Positions 52,030 through 64,000 of a stretch of 64,000 nt of DNA are shown here, in pieces (positions within the stretch are counted from its first letter, which is position 1; each line of letters begins with the position of its first letter). Origin of the DNA: Octopus sinensis (Eukaryota); contig NC_042999.1 of NCBI RefSeq assembly GCF_006345805.1, positions 43,338,001-43,402,000 on the forward strand. Reading direction: 5' to 3'. Under the pieces are notes generated by a model that did not search any database, was not told the DNA's origin, and saw only the letters and a program-made list of their open reading frames with translations. A program made the position numbers and the translations under genes.

Positions 52030-52097
52030 ATGGACCACTTGCAAGACGGTTGGATGACATTCATAGTCTCAGGTGATCATGCTTGGAAATCCAGCAG
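52030..52097 (+). CDS. Candidate first coding exon MDHLQDGWMTFIVSGDHAWKSS(R)
   Basis: GGGATGG start context; 22 codons plus 2 nt, then CAG|GTAAGT. Unique sequence; no homology recognised. Confidence 0.27.
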
Positions 52098-52677
52098 GTA
52101 AGTGTAATAATGGTTGCTGCTGATTGAACACTATGAAGGAGGTGTCTAAGAATTCTGTGCATACAGCCTTCAGAAAACAGTGGCTGGCAAGAAAAATGAA
52201 TGGGTGGATGGATGGATGGACATCTGGGTTTTAAAAATTTTAACCATTTAAGCAACGACAAATCCTTGATCAGGATTCTTTATGCATACACACATGCATA
52301 ATTGGCTATACTACCATATTGCTGACATTTGCCTTTTCAAAAGTACCAACTCAAATAGAAACAAAACAGAAACATTTAGTTAAATCTGAGATGTGTATGT
52401 ATGCATACAGACACACGCGCGTGCATGTATGTATGCATACAGACACATGCGCGTGCGTGTGTGTGTGTATGTATATGTATGTATATATATATATATATTC
52501 ATAAATATATGTAACATATCTACAGTAAAATGGCTTCTCTTTTTCACTAGATATGGAGGAAAAAATGTCTAAATTTAATCAAATTCAGTATTGAAAGGTT
52601 TCTATTTGCAAACATACAGATGTGTTTATGCTTGTATGCATTCATGCATGCATGTGCAAATTTACATTATTGTGTAA

Positions 52678-52714
<37 letters not shown>

Positions 52715-53629
52715 AATAACCCTGCAAATAGACATACCCCTGATAAAAACGAACATAAACAGACAGGTATGCAAGCTTACACACACAGCATAGACAAAAC
52801 ACAGGTACACTATTTATTCCAGTCTGTCACTTTCCACTTTTGTGGAGGGCATTTAAACATACAACTAAACCCCTTTAATTCCCTTCATACTGCTAACCAC
52901 TCAATTCTGATGTTAGAGCAAAGTCTGCTGTCAACTGGGTACACTGATGCATACTATACACACACAAACACAATGAAACTTAACCCTAGACTCACTCTTG
53001 TAACTTCTGTGAATTAATAGTAACAACATATATATATAATCATCGATATACGCACACACACTTGTTTTTAGTTCTATTTTCCTGATTGCATCACCAAACC
53101 TACAAACACACACACACACAGACACACATACACACAAACTACAGACATTCTGACACACATACACAAACAGCTGTGTCTGTGACGATAATAGTAACTCCTC
53201 AGTGTGATAAACTTTGATTATTTTTAGACATATATTTTCTATCATATCTGGTGAACAGAAGCCATTCTAGATCAGAATTCTTTCTTCTTTTTTTTTTTCT
53301 TACTTTAAATTCCAACTTGTGTTATAGGAAGGGAAACCAAATATCACTGACATTGTGCAACACATCAACTTTTATTCAAGTTCCACTTTTCCAAGAAAAG
53401 TGAAGTTGGCGCCTGCTTCAGGTGAATTTACTGAATGGTATGGCATGGCCCTAATGAATGGGCCTATTCACAGTATACACATCTAAGCCCGGAAATAACA
53501 GCTGAGAGCAGACACATTAATTTTTGGTACTCAGAATAATCTTGGATCAGTGGGGTTCCTTGATTGCACCCCCAACACCACCACTAGGTTACTGCCCTCT
53601 TCATAAACATATATTTTATAAACTCTGTA

Positions 53630-53780
53630 AGGCGGTTAACATTAGGAAGGGCATCCAGCCATAAAATACTATGCCAAAACAGACAGTGAAGCCTGGTGCA
53701 GTCTTCTGGCTAACCAGCTTCTGTCAAATCGTCCAACCCATACCAACACAGAAAACAGACATTAAACGATGATGATGATG
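53630..53780 (+). mobile_element. SINE-C 3' part
   Basis: GTTAACATTAGGAAGGGCATCCAGCC..GACATTAAACGATGATGATGATG. Confidence 0.85.
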
Positions 53781-53950
53781 TTTGCATACTATCGTATTTT
53801 GTTTCATTTCAGAGTGAACACCTATACATTTTGTAATCCATCGTCATCTTCGTTCATCCACCACCCTTGTGGCAAAAATACAGTATTATCATTATGGTTC
53901 AGCCATAATGATAAGATGCTGTGAAGCATCTTGGGTTTGTCTCTTGAAGC

Positions 53951-54303
53951 CGTGGTGATCTAATTCTTGCTCACAACATCATAAGCGGAAAGTGTAACCT
54001 CTCGAAAGAGCTGTTCTTCACTCCTGCTCCAGAGCGTCGGCTGCGGGGTCACTCCGAAAAGCTCTATCTGCGATGATTTCATCTCAATCGAAGGAGAGGG
54101 GCTTTCTCCGTCCGGGTTGCAGATCCGTGGAATAAGCTGCCGGACGAGATAGTGAAGATGCCGACGACCGCTCAGTTCAAAGTCTCTCTTGACCAGAAAT
54201 GGCCTGAACTCTTTGCATGAACACCACCCTGTACATAACTCCATGTCCCCCTACATGGTCTTGCTTTTTGCTTTTTGAGCCCAAAATTAACTTAACTTAA
54301 CTA
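53951..54303 (+). mobile_element. CR1-clade LINE 3' fragment
   Basis: RGDLILAHNIISGKCNLSKELFF..RLRGHSEKLYLR*FHLNRRRGAFSVRVADPWNKLPDEIV..FKVSLDQKW. This is the typical CR1 ORF2 C-terminus, followed by a short UTR and an (AACTT)n tail. Confidence 0.9.
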
Positions 54304-54559
54304 TAGCCCTAAGTTGATCAATGCATACGTTACCAAATTTCTTAGAGGGAACTTATAAGAAACTTGTTACGTATGCATGCACGCACACGTGCACACACAC
54401 ACAATTTAGATAGACTTTAGCCATTATTGGCCAGGGCCATGTCTAATGAAATAGCACCAAATGGAGTAGGCTTTCAAACCATGTTTTAAGACACCGTGAC
54501 CCACTCAAGTAAGCTGTTGTATGCCAAGATGTACATGTATATGCATGTGTGTATATGCA

Positions 54560-55580
54560 TCGGCATGGCTGCATATCTAAGAAGCTCTAAGCAACTAAGT
54601 GGTTTCAGGTTCAATCCCACTGTAAGCACCTTGGACAAGTGTCTTTTACAATAGCCCCAAGCTGACCAATGCCTTGAGTGAATATGGTACATGGAAACTG
54701 TGCGGAAGTCCACAATGTGTGTGTGTGTGTGTGTGTACGCGCACATGTGTGTGTGTGTGTGTGTGTTTTGTTCCCACTGCCCACTGCTTGACAACCAGTG
54801 TTGGTTTGTTTACATCTTCATAATGGTTCAGCCAGAAAGACTGATAATGTAAGTAGCAGACTCAAAAAAGGGCAAGTAAGCACTGGGATCAATTAATTGA
54901 CTAAAACATTCAAAGTGGTGCCCCAGCATGGCCACAGTTCAATAACAGAAACAAATAAAAGTACGTGCACACACTCACTCACTCACTCTCACTCTCATTT
55001 CAGTCATTGGACTGCAGACATGCTAGGAGACTGCCTTGAAGGGATTTAGTTGATTGTGTCAACTCCAGTACTTATCCAAAAATCTGTCAAACTGCAAATG
55101 TACTAAACATAAAAAAAAAAACATTGATGTTTTTGGTTTTGTACACATGCACTGATACACCTTCATATTTGTGAAAGAAAAAGAAAGAAAAAGTTGAAGG
55201 CGCAGGAGTGGCTGTGTGGTAAGTAGCTTGTTTACCAAATCACATGGTTCCAGGTTCAGTCCCACTGCATGGCATCTTGAAGTGTTTTCTACTATAGCTT
55301 GGGCCAACCAAAGCCTTGTGAGTGGATTTGGTAGACAAACCGAAAGAAGCCTATTGTTTGTTTGTTTGTGTGTGTGTGTGTTTGCCCCCCCCCCCCCCAC
55401 CATCGAGTGACAACTGATATTGGTGTGTTTACATCCCCATAACTCAGCGGTTTGGCAACTGGAACCGATAGAATAAGTACTAGGTTTTATGAAGAATAAG
55501 TCCTGGGGTCAATTTGTTCAACTAAAGGCGGTGCTCCAGCATGGCCACAGCCAAATGACTGAAACAAAAGAATAAAGAAT
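54560..55580. mobile_element. SINE-A (+, 54560-54960), SINE-A tail (-, 54990-55065), SINE-A (+, 55199-55580)
   Basis: Family-A heads and tails. Confidence 0.88.
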
Positions 55581-56152
55581 ATGTCATCAGAAGGAAACTT
55601 TGAAATTTCAACTGTTTAACTTGAAATGTCCAAAACTGAAGTAGCCAACAAAACACTGACCTATTTAACAATGAGCAGCTGGTAGAGCAAGTCAAATGAA
55701 TACACACACACAATCTGTCCACACATACATATACACACATTGCATACATACATACATACACACACACTCTCGCACAGCTTTGACAGAAAGAAAATAAAAC
55801 AAAATCTCTTGACATTTAACTACTATTGAAACAGTTTAAACAGCAGTAGCAGTAGTAACAAGTACATCCACAAAGAAGGCCTATATGTGATCACTTGTAT
55901 TGTGAGAAATAGCAGCTAAATATGTCTCAATTCTAGTCCTAAAAATAGAAAAGACATACAATATAAATACTGTTAAAAGCAAAAACAAGTTTGTCATAGC
56001 AGGAATTCCTTTGAGTTTAGTGGCCTAAGGCTAAACTACAAGTACTATGAAGAAAGAACTACGCTTCACTTGCTAAAAATAACAGTCTATACTCCCCCAA
56101 ACTACATCCATTCATTGCATATTGAGAACTACATTACACTGCCTGAAATGAA

Positions 56153-56374
56153 CCCTTTCGTTACCAACCCGGCTGAAACCAGCTCTGGCTCTGAGTACAA
56201 ATGTCTTGTTTTCATAAGTTTTGAATTAAAATCTCCCACCGAACCTTAGTCACAATTAATGTTCCTAACACTAGCTTAAAGATAACAAAGTTATCATTTT
56301 ACTAAATTCTTTGTTATATTTAAAGCAATTGAAAGAAACACAGAGCATCACAAAATAAATAAGTAACAAAAGGG
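56153..56374. mobile_element. piggyBac-type MITE family 2
   Basis: TGAA-CCCTTTCGTTACC ... GTAACAAAAGGG-TTAA. Confidence 0.78.
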
Positions 56375-56469
56375 TTAAGATAGCTGGTCAATCCTAGAAT
56401 GTGTTTGATTACAGGTCTACTAAACCAAACCTAACTGGAGTCTTAAACTAAGATTTAGATACTCTAACT

Positions 56470-57058
56470 CCCTTAAGAAAGTGGGAAATGGTTTGAAGGA
56501 ACCAACCGTATATGGTTTTGTGATTAAGAAGGTTACTTTGCAACCACTGGATTTAGATTCGTGATAACTTGGGTATTTTCTACTATAACCCCAGGCTGAC
56601 CAGTGCCTTGTAAGTGAATTAGGTAGACAAAAATTGTGTGTGTGTGTGTGTGTGTGTGTATACACGTTTGATATGCCTCCAGTACTTGACAAATACTGTT
56701 GGTTTGTTTACGTCCCTATAACTTAGAGGTTCTGCAAAAGAAACTGACCTAAAAAATTAGTACTGGTGTCAGTCAATTTGTTTGACTAAACCCTTCAAAG
56801 TGATGCCCCAGCATGACCATATTCTAATGCAGTGCTTTTCAAACTTTTTGCTGGAGCGGAACCCCAAGGAAACATTCCACTGGCTCGAGGAACCCCTGTG
56901 CAATAATTTAATAGTCTTATGCACACATATCTGCACAGGAGAATTAAAAATTACTGCCGATTTTAGCAGTTTTGTAACTTCTTGCGGAACCTCTTGACTG
57001 TACTGGCGGAACCCTGGTTGAAAACCATTGTTCTAATGACTGAAACAAGTAAAAGATG
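56470..57058 (+). mobile_element. SINE-A carrying an hAT MITE in its tail
   Basis: The A tail ..CAGCATGACCATATTCTAATG resumes as TTCTAATGACTGAAACAAGT after the insert. Confidence 0.85.
56830..57030. mobile_element. hAT-type MITE, 201 bp
   Basis: TIRs CAGTGCTTTTCAA / TTGAAAACCATTG. Perfect 8-bp TSD TTCTAATG (56822-56829, 57031-57038). Confidence 0.92.
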
Positions 57059-57289
57059 AAAGTGAATGTGAGGGATCTAATGGTAATTAGATGGAGTGAG
57101 TGGTCAAAAAGTCTGAGGGAGCCATTTGTAACACATTGGAACACATGGATATTGAGGAAACATTTGAATTAACATGTTGAAGCAGATGGAAATAGTATTA
57201 GGGTTTTAACTGTATAGCATTTAGTTACATCTCTTTATGCTTTAACTTGAAACTCTGCAAGAACTAACCTGCATTTTTCATCTTTTCAG

Positions 57290-57395
57290 AAACACTAAAC
57301 ACTGAGCAAGCACTGGAGGTCATTGTGGCATTCTGCCAACAGGAGTTCAATACCACCAGCATTGAACCACACAATTCATTGATACAGAATTCAAA
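57290..57395 (+). CDS. Candidate exon after a strong 3' splice site (TLNTEQALEVIVAFCQQEFNTTSIEPHNSLIQNS)
   Basis: Branch-like ACTAAC (57263-57268), polypyrimidine tract and TTTTCAG| at 57289. One open frame (phase 1). Product unrecognised. Confidence 0.3.
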
Positions 57396-57397
57396 TA

Positions 57398-57963
57398 TCG
57401 GGTTATCCGGAAAGTTTGTCCCAATTTATAGTAGCTTACCTTTCAACTTATTTTAGAACACGGTTGTGTCCATAAAATAGAATTTGACTAAACCTCCATT
57501 TAGACCACAGTTTAAGCTATCTTTTCGTGGAAGAAGGTTTATATTCCTATAACCTGTGTTAATTCTGTAACCCTTTAAAATGGAAGATAAGAAAGTTCAT
57601 TTTCGGCACTTGATGCTTTGGGAACCAGACAAAAATTGCTGCAACTCGGCTGGGATGTGTTACCCCCACCCTCCATATTCACCAGATATTGCTCCTTCGG
57701 ATTTCCACTTATTCAGGTTCTTGCAGAATAGTCTTATGGTAAAAATTTCAATTCCTTGGATGACGTAAAAAGATACCTTGATGAATTCTTTGTCATGAAA
57801 CCACCTCAATTCTGGGAAGAGGGTATTTTCAAGTTAAAGGAAATATGGAGACGCATTGTGCAACAAAATGGTTCATATTTGGTTGATTAAAAATGTAATG
57901 GCAAGTATTTATTGACCTTTTTCTTTCCTTTAAAATTCGGTACGCACTTTCCGGATAACGCAA
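57398..57963 (+). mobile_element. Internally deleted mariner transposon
   Basis: TA TSDs at 57396-57397 and 57964-57965. TIRs of about 30 bp (..GTTATCCGGAAAGT..). Remnant MEDKKVHFRHLMLW joined to RQKLLQLGWDVL.HPPYSPDIAPSDFHLFR..DEFF..FW..GIFKL..W..IV..NGSYLVD*, with frameshifts. Confidence 0.95.
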
Positions 57964-58626
57964 TAAATAACTTGCAGATACTATGGTAACAACTGTGACC
58001 ACCTCTGCTTTTGGGAGAAATTATATTACTCTCCACACATTTCAGCTCTTTGTAAGTTTAATATAAAATATACAAAAAAAAAAGTTACCTTCTTTTCTGT
58101 TGGAATATGATTACACTGCAAGCGAGACATTAAATCTTCTCACGCAAGTAATCAAGATTTTGAACAGCAGGTGTATTCATTCCTTCACCAAGCTATGGAA
58201 TGGGTGCCATTTTTATTTTCGTTCACAGAATCATAATTTTCTGAGAACACCAAAGTACTGAGCATTCCCATTAAGCCTAAATAAAAGAATTCTCTTCACA
58301 ATAAAATTCTGACATATCATTGAGTAGTACCAATCAGCACTGCCTGATGAAACTATAGAATACTGCTAACTGAACAAATATTTCTCAGCAGTAGTCTTAT
58401 AGATCAAACATTTAGGATGTGCTTATGGATTGAATTTTATTGTCATATTTCAAATGGCAATCAAGCTGTGACTATCTGAGTTTTGCTTTGGGCACACCAT
58501 AGATTTTAGAACAGAAGCACTTGATTTGCTTATTTGAAACGGTCAGAGATAATTTGGGTATCACATGGTTTTACAGGCTTTCTGTTTGACTGTCTTCTTT
58601 TACTACATACACCACACCTATTTCAT

Positions 58627-58805
58627 ACTCTTTTACTTGTTTCAGTCATTTGACTGTGGCCATGCTGGAGCACTGCCTTTAGTCGAGCAAATCGACCCCA
58701 GGACTTATTCTTTGTAAGCCTAGTACTTATTCTATCTGTCTCTTTTGCCGAACTGCTAAGTTCGGTTGTCAAGCGATGTTGGGGGGGACAAACACTGACA
58801 CACAA

Positions 58806-58862
<57 letters not shown>

Positions 58863-59027
58863 TATACAACAGGCTTCTTTCAGTTTCCGTCTACCAAATC
58901 CACTCACAAGGCTTTGATCGGCCTGAGGCTATAGTAGAAGACACTTTCCCAAGGTGCCACGCTGTGGGACTGAACCCGGAACCATGTGGTTCATAAGCAA
59001 GCTACTTACCACACAGCCACTCCTGCG
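58627..59027 (-). mobile_element. SINE family A, full length
   Basis: Reverse complement of family A. Confidence 0.93.
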
Positions 59028-59526
59028 TTTATTTCATTTTTAATTCATTTCAAAAGTTTTACTAACTGTTTCCCACCCAGCTTAAAAGCTTCAATTAATT
59101 TTTTTTGTGTGTGTCAATATTCCTCTATCTCTGATCTACATTACTGGATGTTGGTAAGCTCTTAGCTTTCAGCTTGAGGGAGCAAGACTAATGTTACAGG
59201 AGAAAACTGTCAATAAACAAAGCAGTCAACCAACATTCCAAGGTGTGGCTGAAGTAAGTAGCTGTGAGATAAATCTCTCATTTTGTATATAGGATGCTGA
59301 TACATCAGATAACTGCTCTCTGAGAAGAATTCAAACACAATTCTACTGCAAGCCAATAAATCAATTTCAGTGTTGTTGTTGTTGTTAGACATGATGTTCT
59401 AGGATTTAGGACTTGAAAAACAGATAGTATCCCCAACCTTTTTTTTTAACGACTATAAAGGCATTGGCACAGAGATTTAGCTGCTATGTTAAACTGATCA
59501 AGCAATTGCATATATGCAACCATATT

Positions 59527-59695
59527 AGGCACAGACATGAATGCGTAGTAAGAAGTTTGCCTCCCATCATCATAGTTCCCGGTTCAGTTCCACTGTGTGG
59601 CACCATCAGCAAGTGTCTGTGTACAACTACAGCCTCAAGCCAACCAAAGACTTGCGAGTGAATTTGATAGACAGACACACAGACATTAAAGGAAG

Positions 59696-59726
<31 letters not shown>

Positions 59727-60622
59727 TCCACACCACCATTTGACAACCTGTGTTGGTGTTTACATCTCTGTAACTTAGCAGTTCAGCAAAATATACTGAT
59801 AAAATAAGCACCAGACTTTAAAAATAAATACTGGGACTAATGCAATGCCCCAGCATGGTCACAGTCTGACTGAAACAAGTTAAAAATAAAAAAAAAAAAA
59901 ACAGCTTTCCAATATTTACCTTTCACTTGTTTCAGACATTGGACTATGGTCAAGCTGGGGCACCACCTTAAAAGGTTTAGGCAAACAAATCAACACCAAT
60001 ACTTATATTTTTAGTTCAGTATTTATTCTATCAGTCTCTGTTTGCCAAACTACAACATTGCAGGGATATAAACAAACCAACACCAGCTGTCAAGAGATTG
60101 TGAGTGATAAACACAAACATTAAGACACACATACACACACATCTAATATACACAACAGCTTCTTTCAGTTTGTCTACCAAATCCACTCACCAAGTCTTTT
60201 GGTCAGTCTAGGCCTATAAAAGAAGATCACGTGACCACGTGACCGACCAGACCATCAGATGTTGTTACACATTGCTGGTCACAATGCGTTCGCATTGTTT
60301 TAGCCTTTGAATGACGCCACCCCGCTGGCTTAGCCAGGCCAACAGAAGAAAGAGTCGGAGAAAGAGTGGTGAAAGAGTACAGCAGGGATCACCACCCCCT
60401 GCCGGAGCCTCGTAGAGCTTTTAGGTGTTTTCGCTCAATAAACACTTACAACGCCCAGCCTGGGAATCGAAACCGCGATCCTACGACCGCGAGTCCGCTG
60501 CCCTAACCACTGGGCCATTGCGCCTCCAAGAAGATACTCGCCCAAAATACCATACAGAAGGACTGAACCTGGAACCATGTGGTTGGGAAGCAAACTTCAT
60601 AACATACAGCCAACCGAACACC
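59527..60622. mobile_element. Tail-to-tail SINE-A pair (+ 59527-59886; - 59917-60622)
   Basis: Two opposite-strand A copies about 30 bp apart; the second hosts SINE-F. Confidence 0.85.
60228..60528 (-). mobile_element. Young tRNA-derived SINE family F with 7-bp TSD
   Basis: Head TGGAGGCGCAATGGCCCAGTGGTTAGGGCAGCGGAC..GGTTTCGATTCCC (A and B boxes), CpG-rich, tail GGTCACGTGGTCACGTG. TSD AGAAGAT (60221-60227, 60529-60535). Confidence 0.92.
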
Positions 60623-61491
60623 ATATTAAATATCGCAAATGTTGTCATGGCTGCAACTGCTAAGAAAACTAGGGAGATGGCAACCTCCATTCAATCAAAG
60701 AAAAAATACTATGAGAATCATATGGGAAATGGTTCAATTAACTATAATCTCTTTAGAAAATTTCACTTAGTGCTTCTTCAAAAGATATCAATAATTATAC
60801 TAACTGAATTTTTAGCCTTTTGCAACATATGTTTCTTGACAGAGAAAGCAATGCCCCCCCCCTCTCTCTCATCTATCTAGCTAGCTAGCTCTCTATCGCT
60901 CTTTTTCCACTATCTCTTGATGGCAGTTAAAAGTCTTTTATTAAAGACATGACATGCAAGACATATCTTCAGCATGTAACAATAACCAAAATCCATGCAA
61001 AATTAAACAGTCAACTTAAACGTTTTTGTTTTTTTTTTTATATTTCTTTTCAAGAGTTTCTTATTTTTCCATGCTAGTATTGATTTTAGATAGTTGAATT
61101 GTTTAAAGCAGGTGTTTAACAGTCACATACCCAAACCACACAATGCTGAAGAGAAGAAGCACAATCTAAATGACTAGATATGCTTCGCTTACACCTGCAA
61201 TATATAATGTCTGGTGTAAGATTTGAACCGCTGAACTTACAACGGTTAAATAAATCCTGAAGTAGACACATTAGTGTTAATACATTTAATGCATAGAGAC
61301 CATTAAAAAAAAAAGACAGTTTAAAAAGAAACATGCATGTAGTTACACCAGGTCTCTCTAATGACTAATGATTTTACATGTTCCATCTGTGATCAAAAGC
61401 TGTATAACTAAGGAGTTAGATGTAGTTATCAAAAGATTCACAAATGAAGATGTTCATCAAAAGATAGAATAGACAACCATAAGCAAGAATT

Positions 61492-61539
<48 letters not shown>

Positions 61540-61712
61540 TCATTTAATATACACGGTCACAAAAGAGCTACTAATAGTTTCATGCTTTAAGATACATTAA
61601 ATTGGCAGATTTAAATAAAATGCCATATATTTCCAAGCAATCTATCAGGCTCAGTTAATCGTAGATGTATTTAAAAAAAAACAGAATGCCGGTCTACACA
61701 CACACACACACA

Positions 61713-62410
61713 CGCGTGGCTATGTGCTAAGAAGTTTGCATCCCAGGTTCAGCCACACTGTGTGGAACTTTGGAGAAGTGTCTTCTGCTTTAGCCCTAGG
61801 ACATTAGGCATTTACTGAAAGAAGTCCCTCATGCACATGCACATGTGTGTGTGTTACTGCCACATTGCCATGATATCATGTGATAGCTGTAAATAAATAT
61901 TTGCTGTCACGTAAGTGGTATCTATTTCCAATCTTCTGTGAAAACAGATCTGACCTTAGCTTGCTTACCAACCACATAGTTCCGGGTTCATTCCCACTGC
62001 ATGGCACCTTAGGCAATTGTCTTCTACTATAGCCTTGGGGCTGACCAAAGCCTTGAGTGGATTTGGTAGACAGAAATTGAAAGAAGCCTGTTGTATATAT
62101 GTATATATGTGTGTGTGTGGGTGTGTGTGTGTGTGTGTGTGTTTGTCTCCCCCAACGTCGCTTGACAACCGATGGAGGTGTGTTTACGTTCCCATAGCTT
62201 AGCGTTTCAGCAAAAGAGACTAATAGAATAAGTACTAAGCTTCCAAAGAATAAGTCCTGGGGTCAATTTGCTCAACTAAAAGGCAGTGCTCCAGCATGGC
62301 CACAGTCAAATGACTGAAACAAACAAAAGAGAGATGGCATCCAGCTGTAGAGAAACCACCCCAACAAATTCTGTCTGACCCATGCAAGCATGGAAACATA
62401 AATAAAATGA
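61713..62410 (+). mobile_element. SINE-D interrupted by a 5'-clipped SINE-A (61957-62332)
   Basis: The D body stops at AAAACAGATCTGACC and its tail GGCATCCAGCTGTAG..CAAATTCTGTCTGACCCATGCAAGCATGG resumes at about 62335. Confidence 0.85.
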
Positions 62411-62569
62411 TTATATATGGATGTCTGCAGATATTTTTGTAACTGGTTAAAGCCACTGTTTTATGAAATTGTTTGGATTTTCTAATCTTAATAAACTTTT
62501 AATATATATATATCATTATTATTAGAGACAACTTTGAATGTGTTTTTCTTATTCTGGTCCCAGCAGTGA

Positions 62570-62998
62570 AACGTAACCCTCACAAAGTGTCCGATGGTAT
62601 CACATTGTCTCCAACAATTCGGTGCAACACCAGTGCAAAATCACCTCCCTCCGACAAGTCATCCTAATGAGACGGCTGCGTTGGCAGGGTCATGCCCTCC
62701 ATCGTCAACCAGGAGAATTCATCTATGAAGCAATTGCCCCAGCTCCCCTTCAGGGTTGGCAAAAGCGATGTGGTGAACAACAAAAAAACCTGGCTGATGA
62801 CAGTCAAAGCTGATCTGGAACCCAACCTAGGCCCCCATGTCTACAGCGTTCACCGCTGGAATAAAGAGTGGTTGGAGATCACGCAGTCATTAGCCTCGAA
62901 CAGCCAGGCCTGGTCGGCATTTGTGAGAGATGCAACATTGAGGATGAATGAAGCCAGTTCAACCCACCCCGGGTGAATGCTGTCTCAAGACAAGACAA
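62570..62998 (+). mobile_element. RTE-clade LINE 3' fragment
   Basis: RRLRWQGHALHR..KKTWLMTVKADL..W...A.N..AW..FVRD with a frameshift; tail CAAGACAAGACAA. Confidence 0.88.
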
Positions 62999-63739
62999 TC
63001 TAAGCTGCTGAATATAGAGGCTCTCCATTCAGCAGCAAAGATGATCTACATTTAAGATATACTAGCCTTAAAACAATTCTTTTATTCTACACCAAATAAG
63101 ATAATCTCCTATGTTAAAACAGATGTCTCATCAGAAGTTTTTAGTATAGGTTAGTACAATCAATACAAGTCTCATTGCTGAAATAGACTCGTACTCAAAT
63201 ACACAAAAATTACATTGGTAACATTCCAATTGGACAATAGCAAAATAGGGTTAAAAGTAACAGTTCCAAATTAAAATGCAGTTCAGGGATGTAATTAGGG
63301 TTATTACAATACATGTTAAGATTAGTCATTTAGCATTCCAGTTACCCTGTCAAATGTAATGCTTATTTATGCAGATTCTTTTGAATTAATCATGCATTAT
63401 CTTTTAGCTTTGAGATTTCAATGATGTGATTGTTTATTTTTAGAATGACATTGTAGGGTAAGTGTCAGAGGCTGGATCTGGCCAGTTTGAAAATAAAACA
63501 GGTAGAATATTTGGGTTAGATATGACTGGTTTGCTAATGAGATAGTATATGCAGGCAAAAACAGTATAGTAGAAACACACAAAACACAATATAGTAGAAA
63601 AGTATGTATGTAGGACAAGATGTGATGGAGAAAACTGATCTTCCAATCAAACTTAGGAAGATATGTTTCCATTCGTTTTTCTAAATACTGATATTATTTA
63701 TATATTGGTCACGACACCTAACAGAAATGTTACTGTTTT

Positions 63740-63920
63740 CTGGTGGCATAAAAAGCACCCAGTATACCCTGTGGAGTGGCTAGCATTAGGAAAGGCATCC
63801 AACCATAGAAACCAAGCCAAAACAGGCTATGAAACCAGGTACAGCCCCAAGTTCCTGTCAATTTGTCTGACCCATAGCAGCATAAAAAAAGGCATTAAAT
63901 GATGATGACGTTGACGATAA
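63740..63920 (+). mobile_element. SINE-C remnant
   Basis: GGCATAAAAAGCACCCAG..GCATTAGGAAAGGCATCC..GGCATTAAATGATGATGA. Confidence 0.8.
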
Positions 63921-64000
63921 TTGATGAGGGCATTTGAGCAAACAGCATAAGGCATCCTATCCAAATGTTGATCCATCTGCTCTGAACTGGTTCCCTTTTT

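Noticed and set aside
53960-54244. Minus-strand 94-aa ORF as a gene
   Set aside because: It is the antisense of the plus-strand CR1 fragment.
60450-60528. Functional tRNA gene
   Set aside because: The anticodon and acceptor stems pair poorly, and it continues into a SINE body with tail and TSD.

Overview
AT-rich eukaryotic DNA, very probably from an Octopus genome (inferred from my recall of its characteristic SINE families and microsatellites, not from a search). It reads as intronic or intergenic: no host protein-coding gene can be named, and almost all ORF-track entries are microsatellite or SINE translations. The window is a layered transposon landscape. It holds dozens of SINE copies from at least five families (working labels A, B, C, D, F) and one unclassified interspersed repeat (E). 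DNA transposons are a decayed full-length hAT (Buster/Charlie-type) element of about 3.1 kb, two hAT MITEs with perfect 8-bp TSDs, two piggyBac-type MITE families and an internally deleted mariner. There are 3' fragments of R4/Dong, RTE and CR1 LINEs, and a 33-bp minisatellite. The most unusual object is a fold-back element at 48969-49282, in which a tRNA-like Pol III head is flanked by inverted Penelope-like arms carrying a minimal hammerhead-ribozyme motif. Several isolated ATG-to-GTAAGT mini-exons and one strong splice acceptor are low-confidence hints of a large host gene. Repeat boundaries without a stated TSD are approximate.
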